A program made the position numbers and the translations under genes. 64,000 nt of DNA from Rhizobium sp. Q54 (GTDB lineage Bacteria; Pseudomonadota; Alphaproteobacteria; UBA2966; CAIVPW01): the NCBI GenBank assembly GCA_945889645.1, contig CAMDCA010000006.1, positions 472 through 64,471 on the forward strand. The letters run 5' to 3'. The notes under the pieces were generated by a model, which did not search any database, had not been told where the DNA came from, and was given only the letters and a program-made list of their open reading frames with translations. Of this stretch, positions 33,153 through 41,730 are shown one piece after another (positions within the stretch are counted from its first letter, which is position 1; every line of letters starts with the position of its first letter).

Positions 33153-34667
33153 ATGGACTGGCCGATTCTTTCGACCCTGACCTTCCTGCCGCTCGTCGGC
33201 GCCGTGTTCATTCTGATCGCGCGCGGCGACGCCGAGGTCGTTGCACGCAATGCGCGCAACATCGCGTTGTGGACCAGCGGCATCGTGTTCCTCGCCTCGC
33301 TGGCGCTGTGGATCAACTTCGACGTCGAACAGGGCGGCTTCCAGTTCGAGGAAACCGCGCCGTGGATCGCCGAGGGGATCGGCTACCACATGGGCATCGA
33401 CGGAATGTCGATGCCGTTCATCCTGCTCACCACCCTGCTGACGCCGATCTGCGTATTGGCAAGCTGGACGTCCATCCACAGCCAGGTGCGCGAGTACATG
33501 ATCGCGTTCCTGGTGCTGGAAACGATGATGATCGGGGTGTTCTCCGCCCTCGATTTCGTCCTGTTCTATCTGTTCTTCGAAGGCGGCCTGATCCCGATGT
33601 TCCTGATCATCGGCATCTGGGGCTCGGACAACCGCGTCTACGCCACCTTCAAGTTCTTCCTCTACACGCTGCTCGGCTCGGTTCTGATGCTGCTTGGCAT
33701 CTTGTGGCTGTACTTCCAGTTCGGCACCACCGACCTGACGGAGTTGGCGCGCGCCGGCATCGACCCGTACTGGCAGCAGTTGCTGTGGCTCGGATTCTTT
33801 GCCGCCTTTGCCGTGAAGATCCCCATGTGGCCGGTCCACACCTGGCTGCCGGACGCCCACGTGCAGGCGCCGACGGCGGGCTCGGTCATCTTGGCCGCTG
33901 TCATGTTGAAGATCGGCGCCTACGGCTTCCTGCGAATTTCGATTCCGATTCTGCCCGACGCCACGGTCACCTTCACGCCGCTGGTCTACACAATGAGCGT
34001 CATCGCCATCGTCTACACGTCGCTGGTGGCGTTGATGCAGGAGGACATGAAGAAGCTCATTGCGTACTCGTCGATCGCGCACATGGGCTTCGTCACCATC
34101 GGCCTGTTCACCTTCACGCCCTCCGGCATTGAGGGCGCGCTGATGGTCATGCTGAGCCACGGTCTTGTGTCGGCCGCGCTCTTCTTGTGCGTCGGCGTGG
34201 TCTACGACCGCATGCACACGCGCCTGATTGCCGAGTACGGCGGCCTGGTGAATCGCATGCCGCTCTATGCGGCGGCGTTCCTGGTCTTCACTCTGGCCAA
34301 CGTCGGCCTGCCGGGGACCAGCGGCTTTGTCGGCGAATTCCTCGTGCTGGTCGGCGCGTTCCAGGACACCACCTTGGTGGCGACGCTGGCCGCGACGAGC
34401 GTCATTCTCAGCGCCGCCTATGCGCTGTGGCTGTTCCGCCGCGTCGTGTTCGGGGCGCTGACCAAGGCCGAGCTCAAGGACATCCTCGATCTCAACCGCC
34501 GCGAGGTGGCGATGCTGTTGCCGCTCGTCGCCCTGATCATCCTGTTCGGTGTATGGCCGATGCCGTTGCTGGACCTGTTCCACGCCCCGGTCGAGAACCT
34601 GATCGAGCAGCACGAGCTGGCGCTGAACGGCCTGCGCGGCGTCGGCGCCACTCTGGCGGCACAGTAG
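33153..34667 (+). CDS. nuoM: NADH-quinone oxidoreductase subunit M
   Basis: 504 aa from the internal ATG. MDWPILSTLTFLPLVGA...AVKIPMWPVHTWLPDAHVQAPTAGSVILAAVMLK. Confidence 0.95.
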   Translation: MDWPILSTLTFLPLVGAVFILIARGDAEVVARNARNIALWTSGIVFLASLALWINFDVEQGGFQFEETAPWIAEGIGYHMGIDGMSMPFILLTTLLTPICVLASWTSIHSQVREYMIAFLVLETMMIGVFSALDFVLFYLFFEGGLIPMFLIIGIWGSDNRVYATFKFFLYTLLGSVLMLLGILWLYFQFGTTDLTELARAGIDPYWQQLLWLGFFAAFAVKIPMWPVHTWLPDAHVQAPTAGSVILAAVMLKIGAYGFLRISIPILPDATVTFTPLVYTMSVIAIVYTSLVALMQEDMKKLIAYSSIAHMGFVTIGLFTFTPSGIEGALMVMLSHGLVSAALFLCVGVVYDRMHTRLIAEYGGLVNRMPLYAAAFLVFTLANVGLPGTSGFVGEFLVLVGAFQDTTLVATLAATSVILSAAYALWLFRRVVFGALTKAELKDILDLNRREVAMLLPLVALIILFGVWPMPLLDLFHAPVENLIEQHELALNGLRGVGATLAAQ

Positions 34668-34676
34668 GGGCCGGCA

Positions 34677-36116
34677 ATGATGGCGTTCCCCGATATCGCT
34701 CCGGCCGCTGCCGAACTGTGGATGGCCATCGGCGCCATGGCGCTGCTGGTGTACGGCGTCCTGCGCGGCGATGGCTCGACCCGCGCCGTGGTGTGGATGG
34801 CGGTGGCGACGCTGCTGTTTGCCGCCTGGCTGGTATGGAGCCACGCCGAATTTGCCGCCGTGACGTTCTCGGGCCTGTACATTGCCGACCGCTTCGGCGC
34901 TTTCGCCAAGATTCTCGTGCTGGTCGGGTCGGCCCTCACGCTGATCCTGGCGCTTGACTACCTGGAGCGCGAGAAGCTGGAACGGCCGGAGTTCCCGGTG
35001 CTGGTCGTCACCGCCTGCCTCGGCATGATGGTGATGATCTCGGCCAGCGACCTCCTGTCGCTCTACGTCGGCCTCGAACTGCAGAGTCTGTCGCTCTACG
35101 TGCTCGCCGCGTTCCAGCGCGACTCGGTCAAGTCGACCGAATCGGGCCTCAAGTACTTCGTCCTCGGCGCGCTCGCCTCCGGCATCCTGCTCTATGGCGC
35201 CAGCCTGGTGTACGGCGTCACTGGGGTAACCGGTTTCTCCGCCATCGCCACCGCGCTCGGGGGCCAGGAGCGCTCGGTCGGCATCCTGTTCGGCCTGGCG
35301 TTCGTCGCAGCCGGCCTCGCCTTCAAGGTCGCGGCTGTGCCGTTCCACATGTGGACGCCCGACGTGTACGAGGGCGCGCCCACGCCCGTTACCGCATTCT
35401 TCTCGCTGGCGCCCAAAGTCGCCGCGCTGGCACTGTTCATCCGCGTCATGACCGGGCCGTTCGGCGGCATCGGCGACGACTGGGTCGGCATCATCAGCCT
35501 GCTGTCGGCGCTGTCGATGCTGCTCGGTTCGTTCGCCGCGATCGGCCAGCGCAACATCAAGCGCCTGATGGCCTACAGCTCCATCGGCCACGTCGGCTAC
35601 GCGCTGATGGGCCTGGCCGCCAATTCCACCGGCGGCGTACGCGGCATCCTGGTCTATCTCGCCATCTACTTCGGCATGAACCTCGGCGCGTGGGGGGTCA
35701 TCCTCAGCATGCGGCGCGCCGACGGCAAGCTGGTCGAGGACATCAACGACCTCGCCGGCCTGGCGCGCGAGCGCCCGCTGATGGCGGCGGCGATGGCGGT
35801 GTTCATGTTCTCGCTGGCCGGCATCCCGCCGCTGGCCGGGTTTTTCGCCAAGTTCTATGTGTTCTTTGCCGCGATCGATGCTGGTCTGTACCTGCTGGCG
35901 ATGATCGGCGTGCTGGCGACGGTGGTGGGCTCGTACTACTACCTGCGCATCATCAAGATCATGTACTTCGACGAACCGGCGCCTGGGTTCGTGCCGCTCA
36001 ACGGCACCACCGGCGTGGTGGTTGCGGCCGCCGCAGTGTTCACCTTGCTGTTCTTCCTGTTCCCGGCGCCGCTGGTGGGCGAGGCGGGTCTCGCCGCCGT
36101 CGCCCTATTCCCATGA
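34677..36116 (+). CDS. nuoN: NADH-quinone oxidoreductase subunit N
   Basis: 479 aa. ...GLAFKVAAVPFHMWTPDVYEGAPTPVTAFFS...LMAYSSIGHVGY. Confidence 0.95.
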   Translation: MMAFPDIAPAAAELWMAIGAMALLVYGVLRGDGSTRAVVWMAVATLLFAAWLVWSHAEFAAVTFSGLYIADRFGAFAKILVLVGSALTLILALDYLEREKLERPEFPVLVVTACLGMMVMISASDLLSLYVGLELQSLSLYVLAAFQRDSVKSTESGLKYFVLGALASGILLYGASLVYGVTGVTGFSAIATALGGQERSVGILFGLAFVAAGLAFKVAAVPFHMWTPDVYEGAPTPVTAFFSLAPKVAALALFIRVMTGPFGGIGDDWVGIISLLSALSMLLGSFAAIGQRNIKRLMAYSSIGHVGYALMGLAANSTGGVRGILVYLAIYFGMNLGAWGVILSMRRADGKLVEDINDLAGLARERPLMAAAMAVFMFSLAGIPPLAGFFAKFYVFFAAIDAGLYLLAMIGVLATVVGSYYYLRIIKIMYFDEPAPGFVPLNGTTGVVVAAAAVFTLLFFLFPAPLVGEAGLAAVALFP

Positions 36117-36835
36117 CGGGCGCCGGCCGGCCGACCGTGGCCGTGCCGGATGGCTTCACCCTCGTCGCCCTGGACGAGGTCGGCTCGACCAACGAAGAAG
36201 CACTGAAACTGGCCACCGCGGGGGCCGCCACCGGCACCGTCGTGTGGGCCGAACGCCAGAGCAAAGGCCGCGGCCGCCGCGGTCGAGCCTGGGATTCACC
36301 GGCCGGCAATCTATATTGCTCCATCGTATTGCGGCCCCAACGTGCGCCACCGGCCCAGGTTTCGTTCGCCGCCGCGGTCGCGCTTGCCGAGGCGGTCGAG
36401 TCCCAGGGGCGGCCGGTCCAACTCAAGTGGCCCAATGACGTGCTGATTGCAGGCGCCAAGGTCGCGGGAATTCTGCTCGAAGGCACCAGTTCCGCGCTGG
36501 TGCTGGGTACCGGCGTGAACATCGAGTCGGCGCCGCCGGTCGGTACCTCGCTACGCGCCCACAACATCGGAGCCTCTGTCGCCACGATGCTGCAGTCGTA
36601 CCTCAAGGCATTGAAGTCCTGGCTGGCGCGCTGGGAGCGCGACGGCTTCGCGCCCGTGCGCGACGCGTGGCTGCAGCGCGCCATCGGAGTCGGCCAGTCC
36701 ATCGAGGTGCGCCTGCCGGCCGAAACGCTCCCCGGGACGTTCGACGGTCTCGACGCCGACGGAGTCCTTCTGCTCGGCACCCCAGGCGGCGTTCGCCGCA
36801 TTGCCGCCGGCGACGTGTTCCTGGTGCGTGCCTAG
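36113..36835 (+). CDS. birA: Biotin-[acetyl-CoA-carboxylase] ligase (no N-terminal HTH)
   Basis: 240 aa, ATGA overlap with the nuoN stop. LDEVGSTNEEA...ERQSKGRGRRGRAWDSPAGNLYCSIVL...KWPNDVLIAGAKVAGILLE. Confidence 0.9.
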   Translation: MTGAGRPTVAVPDGFTLVALDEVGSTNEEALKLATAGAATGTVVWAERQSKGRGRRGRAWDSPAGNLYCSIVLRPQRAPPAQVSFAAAVALAEAVESQGRPVQLKWPNDVLIAGAKVAGILLEGTSSALVLGTGVNIESAPPVGTSLRAHNIGASVATMLQSYLKALKSWLARWERDGFAPVRDAWLQRAIGVGQSIEVRLPAETLPGTFDGLDADGVLLLGTPGGVRRIAAGDVFLVRA

Positions 36836-37657
36836 ATGCTGCTCGCCATCGACGCCGGCAACACCAACGTCGTCTTCGGCGTGTTCGATGGCGACAAGAA
36901 GCTCTGCCAGTGGCGCGCCGCCACCCGGCCCGACCGCACGGCCGACGAATACGCGGTGCTTCTGACCCAATGGCTGGCGAACCAAGGCCTGAAGGTGTCG
37001 GCGATCACCGACGTGGCGATCGCTTCGGTGGTACCTACCATCCTGCGCGATCTGCGCCAGCTGGCGGAACGGACCTTCGGCCACAAACCGCTGGTCATCG
37101 GCGACGACGGCGTGGTCCTCGGTCTCGAGGTCCGCATCGATCGCCCGGCCGAGGCAGGGTCCGACCGCCTGTGCGACGCCGTTGCGGCGCACGCGACCTA
37201 CGGCGGACCGCTGATCGTGATCGACTTCGGCACGGCGACGACCTTCAATGTCGTCGACGACAAGGGGAACTACCGCGGCGGCGCCATCGCCCCCGGGATC
37301 AATTTGAGTCTCGAAGCCTTGCACCAAGCGACTGCTAAGCTGCCGCGCATCGCCGTCGAGCAACCGGCGCGCGCCATCGGGCGCGACACCATCTCGGCGA
37401 TGCAGTCCGGCATCTACTGGGGCTACATCGGGCTGATCGAGGGACTGACGCGCCGCCTGGCCAAGGAATTCGGCGGCAAGACCAAGATGAAGATCATCGC
37501 CACCGGCGGCCTGGCGCCATTGTTCGCCAACGGCACCCAAGTCGTGGACCATGTCGACACCGACCTGACGTTGCGCGGGCTGGTGGAAATCCATCGCCGC
37601 AACCGCTCCGGCAGCCGCAAGGCGCCGCGGAAAGCAAAGGCCAAAGCCAACCGATGA
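36836..37657 (+). CDS. coaX: Type III pantothenate kinase
   Basis: 273 aa. MLLAIDAGNTNVVFGVF...VIDFGTATTFNVV...KIIATGGLA. Confidence 0.92.
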   Translation: MLLAIDAGNTNVVFGVFDGDKKLCQWRAATRPDRTADEYAVLLTQWLANQGLKVSAITDVAIASVVPTILRDLRQLAERTFGHKPLVIGDDGVVLGLEVRIDRPAEAGSDRLCDAVAAHATYGGPLIVIDFGTATTFNVVDDKGNYRGGAIAPGINLSLEALHQATAKLPRIAVEQPARAIGRDTISAMQSGIYWGYIGLIEGLTRRLAKEFGGKTKMKIIATGGLAPLFANGTQVVDHVDTDLTLRGLVEIHRRNRSGSRKAPRKAKAKANR

Positions 37658-39336
37658 ATCCAAACGAATTGCATTTCGTTCCGCTCGGCGGCGTCGGCGA
37701 GTTCGGCGGCAACCTGGCCTTGTACGGCTACAACGGCCGCTGGATCATGCTGGACTGCGGTCTGGCGTTCGCCGACGAAACCCAGCCGGGCGTCGAACTG
37801 CTGGTGCCCGATCCGGCGTTCATAGCCGCGCAGCGCGACAAGCTCGATGCCATCATCCTGACCCACGCGCACGAGGATCACCTCGGCGCCGTGCAGTACC
37901 TATGGCCGCAGCTGCGCTGCCCCGTCTACGCCACTCCGTTCGCCGCCGCCATCCTGCGCAACAAGCTGGAGGAGAGCGGTCTCGCGCGTGAGGTGCCGGT
38001 GAAGGTCGTGCCCATCGGCGGCAGCGTCACCATCGGTGACTTCACCGTCACCTACATCGGCGTCACGCACTCGATTCTCGAAGCGCATTCGGTCGCCATC
38101 CGTACGCCGGCCGGCACGGTCGTCCATTCCGGCGACTGGAAACTCGATCCCGATCCGCGCGTCGGCCGCCTGACGGACGAAGCGTCGCTCAAGGCGCTGG
38201 GCGACTCCGGCGTCATGGCGCTGATGGGCGACTCGACCAATGCAATGTCCAAGGGCCACTCCGGCTCCGAAGGCACCCTGCTGCCGAGCCTGACGAACTT
38301 GATCGGCGAGGCCACCGGCGCCGTGGCCGTGGGGCTGTTCGCCTCCAACGCCGCGCGCATCGAGACGATCTGCCAAGCCGCTGCCGCCAACGACCGCGTC
38401 ATCGTCATGGCCGGCCGCTCGCTATGGCGCACGGTCTCGGCGGCGCGCGAATGCGGCTACCTGCGCGACTTGCCGACACTTCTGGAAGAAGACGAGGCCG
38501 ACCGCATCCCGCGCGAGCACCTGCTGTATCTCGTCACCGGCTGCCAGGGTGAGCAGCGCGCGGTGCTTGGCCGCGTCGCCTTCGGCGAGCACCGCAACAT
38601 CAAGCTTGGCCGCGGCGACACAGCCATCTTTTCGTCCAAGGTGATCCCGGGCAACGAGCGCGCCATCGGCCGCGTCGTCAACCGCTTCATCCGCGCCGGC
38701 GTGAAAGTCATCAGCGAGCGCGACCATCTTGTGCACGTGTCCGGGCATCCCAACCGCGACGAACTCAAGCAGATGATGGCGTGGCTGCGGCCCAAGCTGG
38801 TCGTGCCGGTGCACGGCGAGCAGCGTCTGCTCGAAGCGCACGCGGAGCTCGCGCGCTCCGAAGGCTTCGAAGCGATGGTGGTCAACGACGGTGACCGTGT
38901 GCGCTTCACCGCTGGCCAAGCCAAGGTGATCGACAAGATCGATACCGGCCGCCTGGCGGTGACCGGGACAGCGCCCGTGCCGCTCGACGCCGCAGCCATC
39001 CAAGCGCGCCGCCGCATGATGTTCAACGGCGCTGCCACGCTCGTTGTAGTCCTCGATGACAATGGCGAGCCCGCCTCACCGGCGCGCCTGCTGCTGCGCG
39101 GCATCGATCTTCCGGACGGCGTCGCGGAGACGATGCGCAAGATCGCCGAGGCGCGCATCCGCGACCTGCCGCGCGCCCGCCGCCGCGACGACGAAGAGGT
39201 GAACCTCGCGGTGCGCCAAGGCCTGCGCGCCGAGATGCGCACCTACACCAGCCAGCGTCCGGCGATCGACGTCGAGATCGTGCGGCTGCCCGCAGCGGGC
39301 GCCGATGTTGAACCGCGCAGCCGGGGAGCCGCCTGA
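37654..39336 (+). CDS. rnj: Ribonuclease J (metallo-beta-lactamase / beta-CASP family)
   Basis: 560 aa, ATGA overlap with coaX. FVPLGGVGEFGGNLALYGY...ILTHAHEDHLGA...SGHPNRDEL. Confidence 0.88.
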   Translation: MNPNELHFVPLGGVGEFGGNLALYGYNGRWIMLDCGLAFADETQPGVELLVPDPAFIAAQRDKLDAIILTHAHEDHLGAVQYLWPQLRCPVYATPFAAAILRNKLEESGLAREVPVKVVPIGGSVTIGDFTVTYIGVTHSILEAHSVAIRTPAGTVVHSGDWKLDPDPRVGRLTDEASLKALGDSGVMALMGDSTNAMSKGHSGSEGTLLPSLTNLIGEATGAVAVGLFASNAARIETICQAAAANDRVIVMAGRSLWRTVSAARECGYLRDLPTLLEEDEADRIPREHLLYLVTGCQGEQRAVLGRVAFGEHRNIKLGRGDTAIFSSKVIPGNERAIGRVVNRFIRAGVKVISERDHLVHVSGHPNRDELKQMMAWLRPKLVVPVHGEQRLLEAHAELARSEGFEAMVVNDGDRVRFTAGQAKVIDKIDTGRLAVTGTAPVPLDAAAIQARRRMMFNGAATLVVVLDDNGEPASPARLLLRGIDLPDGVAETMRKIAEARIRDLPRARRRDDEEVNLAVRQGLRAEMRTYTSQRPAIDVEIVRLPAAGADVEPRSRGAA

Positions 39337-39569
39337 TGCCGTGGATTAGCTACATCGCCATCTTCTTCGTCGTGTGGTTCATCGTGCTGTTCGTGACGCT
39401 GCCGTTCGGCGTACGGCAGGTCGAGAGCCCGGAGGCCGGGCACGACACCGGTGCGCCCCACGCCCCGCTCATGTGGTGGAAGGCCGGCGCCTCGACCATC
39501 ATGGCGCTGATCTTCACGACTTTGATCTGGGCCGCGTTCCACTATGACTGGCTCGACCTCCATTCATAG
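39336..39569 (+). CDS. DUF1467 small membrane protein
   Basis: 77 aa, TGATG overlap with rnj. MPWISYIAIFFVVWFIVLFVTLPFGVR...MWWKAGASTIMALIFTTLIWAAF (two TM helices). Confidence 0.75.
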   Translation: MPWISYIAIFFVVWFIVLFVTLPFGVRQVESPEAGHDTGAPHAPLMWWKAGASTIMALIFTTLIWAAFHYDWLDLHS

Positions 39570-39573
39570 GGAC

Positions 39574-40023
39574 ATGCGCGTCCGCGGCACCGCAGCGATT
39601 GCGGTGGTGCTCCTGTGCGGCGCCGGAGCGGCGCAGGCGCAGACTCCACAAGCCGACCCCATCGCCACCTGCCGCACCATCGTCGCCGCCGCAGATCGCG
39701 CTGCCGCACAACCGGGACCACCCACGGTCGCTGGAGCCGACTACGTTCCCGGCGTCGATGTGCGCGGCAATCCGGTAGCGCCGGCCGACCTCATTGCGCA
39801 GCAAAATTTCCTGCCAGCCGAAATCGTCCTGCCGGTGCAACCGGACGTGTTCGCGTTCCTCGGCCGCACGCCGCCGCGCGGACTGGAAGGCCTACGGGCT
39901 CAGGTAGGCGAACTGCGTGTGCGGCTCGCCGACGGCCACGTGACGTTCAATGGCCAACCCCTCGGCGCCGCGAATGCAGACCTGATCGCCGCGTGTAGGG
40001 AGTTGCTCGCCAAGCAACCGTGA
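39574..40023 (+). CDS. Secreted hypothetical protein (149 aa)
   Basis: Internal ATG of ORF 39544..40023. MRVRGTAAIAVVLLCGAGAAQAQ is a signal peptide with an AQA cleavage motif. The mature part has two Cys residues and good codon usage. No family recognised. Confidence 0.55.
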   Translation: MRVRGTAAIAVVLLCGAGAAQAQTPQADPIATCRTIVAAADRAAAQPGPPTVAGADYVPGVDVRGNPVAPADLIAQQNFLPAEIVLPVQPDVFAFLGRTPPRGLEGLRAQVGELRVRLADGHVTFNGQPLGAANADLIAACRELLAKQP

Positions 40024-40093
40024 ACGCTCCCGGCAACGGCGGACACGGCAAGAAATCCTCTCGCGCTGTCGTGATGAAGGGCGAGGGAGTCGT

Positions 40094-41641
40094 CTAGTAC
40101 GACCGCGCGATCAGGATTTCTTCGACCGCCGGCTTGCCGGTGAAGACGCACGTGCCGGGATCACCGCGTTGATCCAGCGGCGCATTGCGGATCGTCAGCG
40201 CCAACTCCTTCAACTGCGCCGACACCTTGTCGAGTTCGGCGCCCGTCGGCCTGGACCACGCGGTTCGCACCCAGCCCTTGAACTCCTTGTCGTCGTCGGC
40301 GCCGAAGTAAGCGGCGATGTCGTTCCAGGTGCGCAGGTCGGTGCGAATGCTGTCGCACAGCCGGTGTGCCGCCTGGTCGAACAGCGACTTCTGGATTTCT
40401 TCCAGCAGCGAGCCCGCCTTGCCGACGAATGCGGCGCGGCTCAGCGTCTGCATCTTGGCCTTGCCGCCCGGGGGGCCGTCATACATCTGGTCGCGGCGCA
40501 GGAACGTAACGTTGCCGCCGGCCGCATCGCGCGGGCCGATCTCGATGATGATCGGGGCGCCGCGGCGCACCCAGTCCCAGCGCTTTTCCACTGCTTTGGT
40601 CGGCTTGCGGTCGATGAACGCGCGGATCGGCGCGCCGAGCGCCATGAGTGCATTCAGGTCGCGCGCCAGTCCGTCGGTGAACGCCGACACCTCGGCGTCC
40701 TCCGGCTTGTCGCGCAGGATGGGCAGCAGCACGATCTGGTGCGGCGCGATGGCGGGCGGCAGGCGCAGGCCGTCGTCGTCGCCATGGTTCATGATGACGC
40801 CACCGATCAGGCGCGTGGACACGCCCCAGCTGGTGGTGTGGCACAACGCGGTGCCGCCTTCGGCCGTCTGGTAGCGGATGTTCTGCGCCTCGGCGAAGTG
40901 GGTGCCCAGGTAGTGTGACGTGCCGGCCTGCAGGGCTTTGCCGTCCTGCATCATGGCCTCGATCGAATACGTGTTGTCGGCGCCGGGGAAGCGCTCGTTG
41001 GCGGTCTTCTCGCCGGGTACCACCGGCATCGCCAGGACGTTCTCGGCAAACTCGCGATAGATTTCCAGCATCTGGCGCGTCTCGCGCATGGCGTCGGCTT
41101 TGTCGGCGTGCGCCGTATGCCCTTCTTGCCACAGGAATTCGGTGGTGCGCAGGAACAGGCGCGGCCGCATCTCCCAGCGCACCACGTTGGCCCACTGGTT
41201 CAGCAGCATCGGCAGATCGCGATAGCTCTGGATCCAGCGCTGGAACGCGTCGCCGATGATGGTCTCGGAGGTCGGCCGCACGATCAGCGGCTCCTCCAGC
41301 TTGGCGTCGGGGTCCGGCTGCAACTTGCCGTCGATGGTCTTCAGGCGATGGTGCGTCACCACCGCCATCTCCTTGGCGAAGCCCTCGACGTGCTCGGCCT
41401 CCTTGGCCAGGAAGCTCATCGGAATCAACAGGGGGAAGTAGCAGTTCTGGTGCCCGGTCTCCTTGAAGCGCCGATCGAGCTGTTGCTGGATGCGCTCCCA
41501 CACGCCCCAACCCCACGGCTTGATGATCATGCAGCCGCGCACGGGGGAGGTCTCCGCCATGTCGGCCAGGCGGACGACCGCCTGGTACCACTCTGCGAAG
41601 TTCTCGCTGCGCGTAATGGGTAGTGCGTTGGGCATGTGCAA
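40094..41641 (-). CDS. proS: Prolyl-tRNA synthetase, archaeal/eukaryote-like (Thermus-type) architecture
   Basis: 515 aa. SENFAEWYQAVVRLADMAE..PVRGCMIIKPWGWGVWERIQQQLDRRFKETGHQNCYFPLLIPMSFLAKEAEHVEGFAKEMAVVTH, RPTSETIIG, FLRTTEFLWQEGHTAH and TTSWGVSTRLIGGVIMNHGDD. The C-terminus ends ..ARSY. Near-colinear with T. thermophilus ProRS as I remember it. Confidence 0.92.
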   Translation of the reverse strand: MHMPNALPITRSENFAEWYQAVVRLADMAETSPVRGCMIIKPWGWGVWERIQQQLDRRFKETGHQNCYFPLLIPMSFLAKEAEHVEGFAKEMAVVTHHRLKTIDGKLQPDPDAKLEEPLIVRPTSETIIGDAFQRWIQSYRDLPMLLNQWANVVRWEMRPRLFLRTTEFLWQEGHTAHADKADAMRETRQMLEIYREFAENVLAMPVVPGEKTANERFPGADNTYSIEAMMQDGKALQAGTSHYLGTHFAEAQNIRYQTAEGGTALCHTTSWGVSTRLIGGVIMNHGDDDGLRLPPAIAPHQIVLLPILRDKPEDAEVSAFTDGLARDLNALMALGAPIRAFIDRKPTKAVEKRWDWVRRGAPIIIEIGPRDAAGGNVTFLRRDQMYDGPPGGKAKMQTLSRAAFVGKAGSLLEEIQKSLFDQAAHRLCDSIRTDLRTWNDIAAYFGADDDKEFKGWVRTAWSRPTGAELDKVSAQLKELALTIRNAPLDQRGDPGTCVFTGKPAVEEILIARSY

Positions 41642-41683
41642 ATCCTCGTCGTGCCGCAGCTTTCTGGCCGTATAGTCCGGCCA

Positions 41684-41715
41684 CGGCTGGGTCGGTATAC
41701 GGCTGGGTCGGTATA
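41684..41715. repeat. Perfect 16-bp tandem duplication (CGGCTGGGTCGGTATA x2) in the proS/lolC divergent intergenic region
   Basis: 41684-41699 and 41700-41715 are identical. The second copy ends 15 nt before the lolC ATG. A third GTATA core lies at 41671-41675. Confidence 0.9.
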
Positions 41716-41730
41716 TAGGCGGGGCGACGG

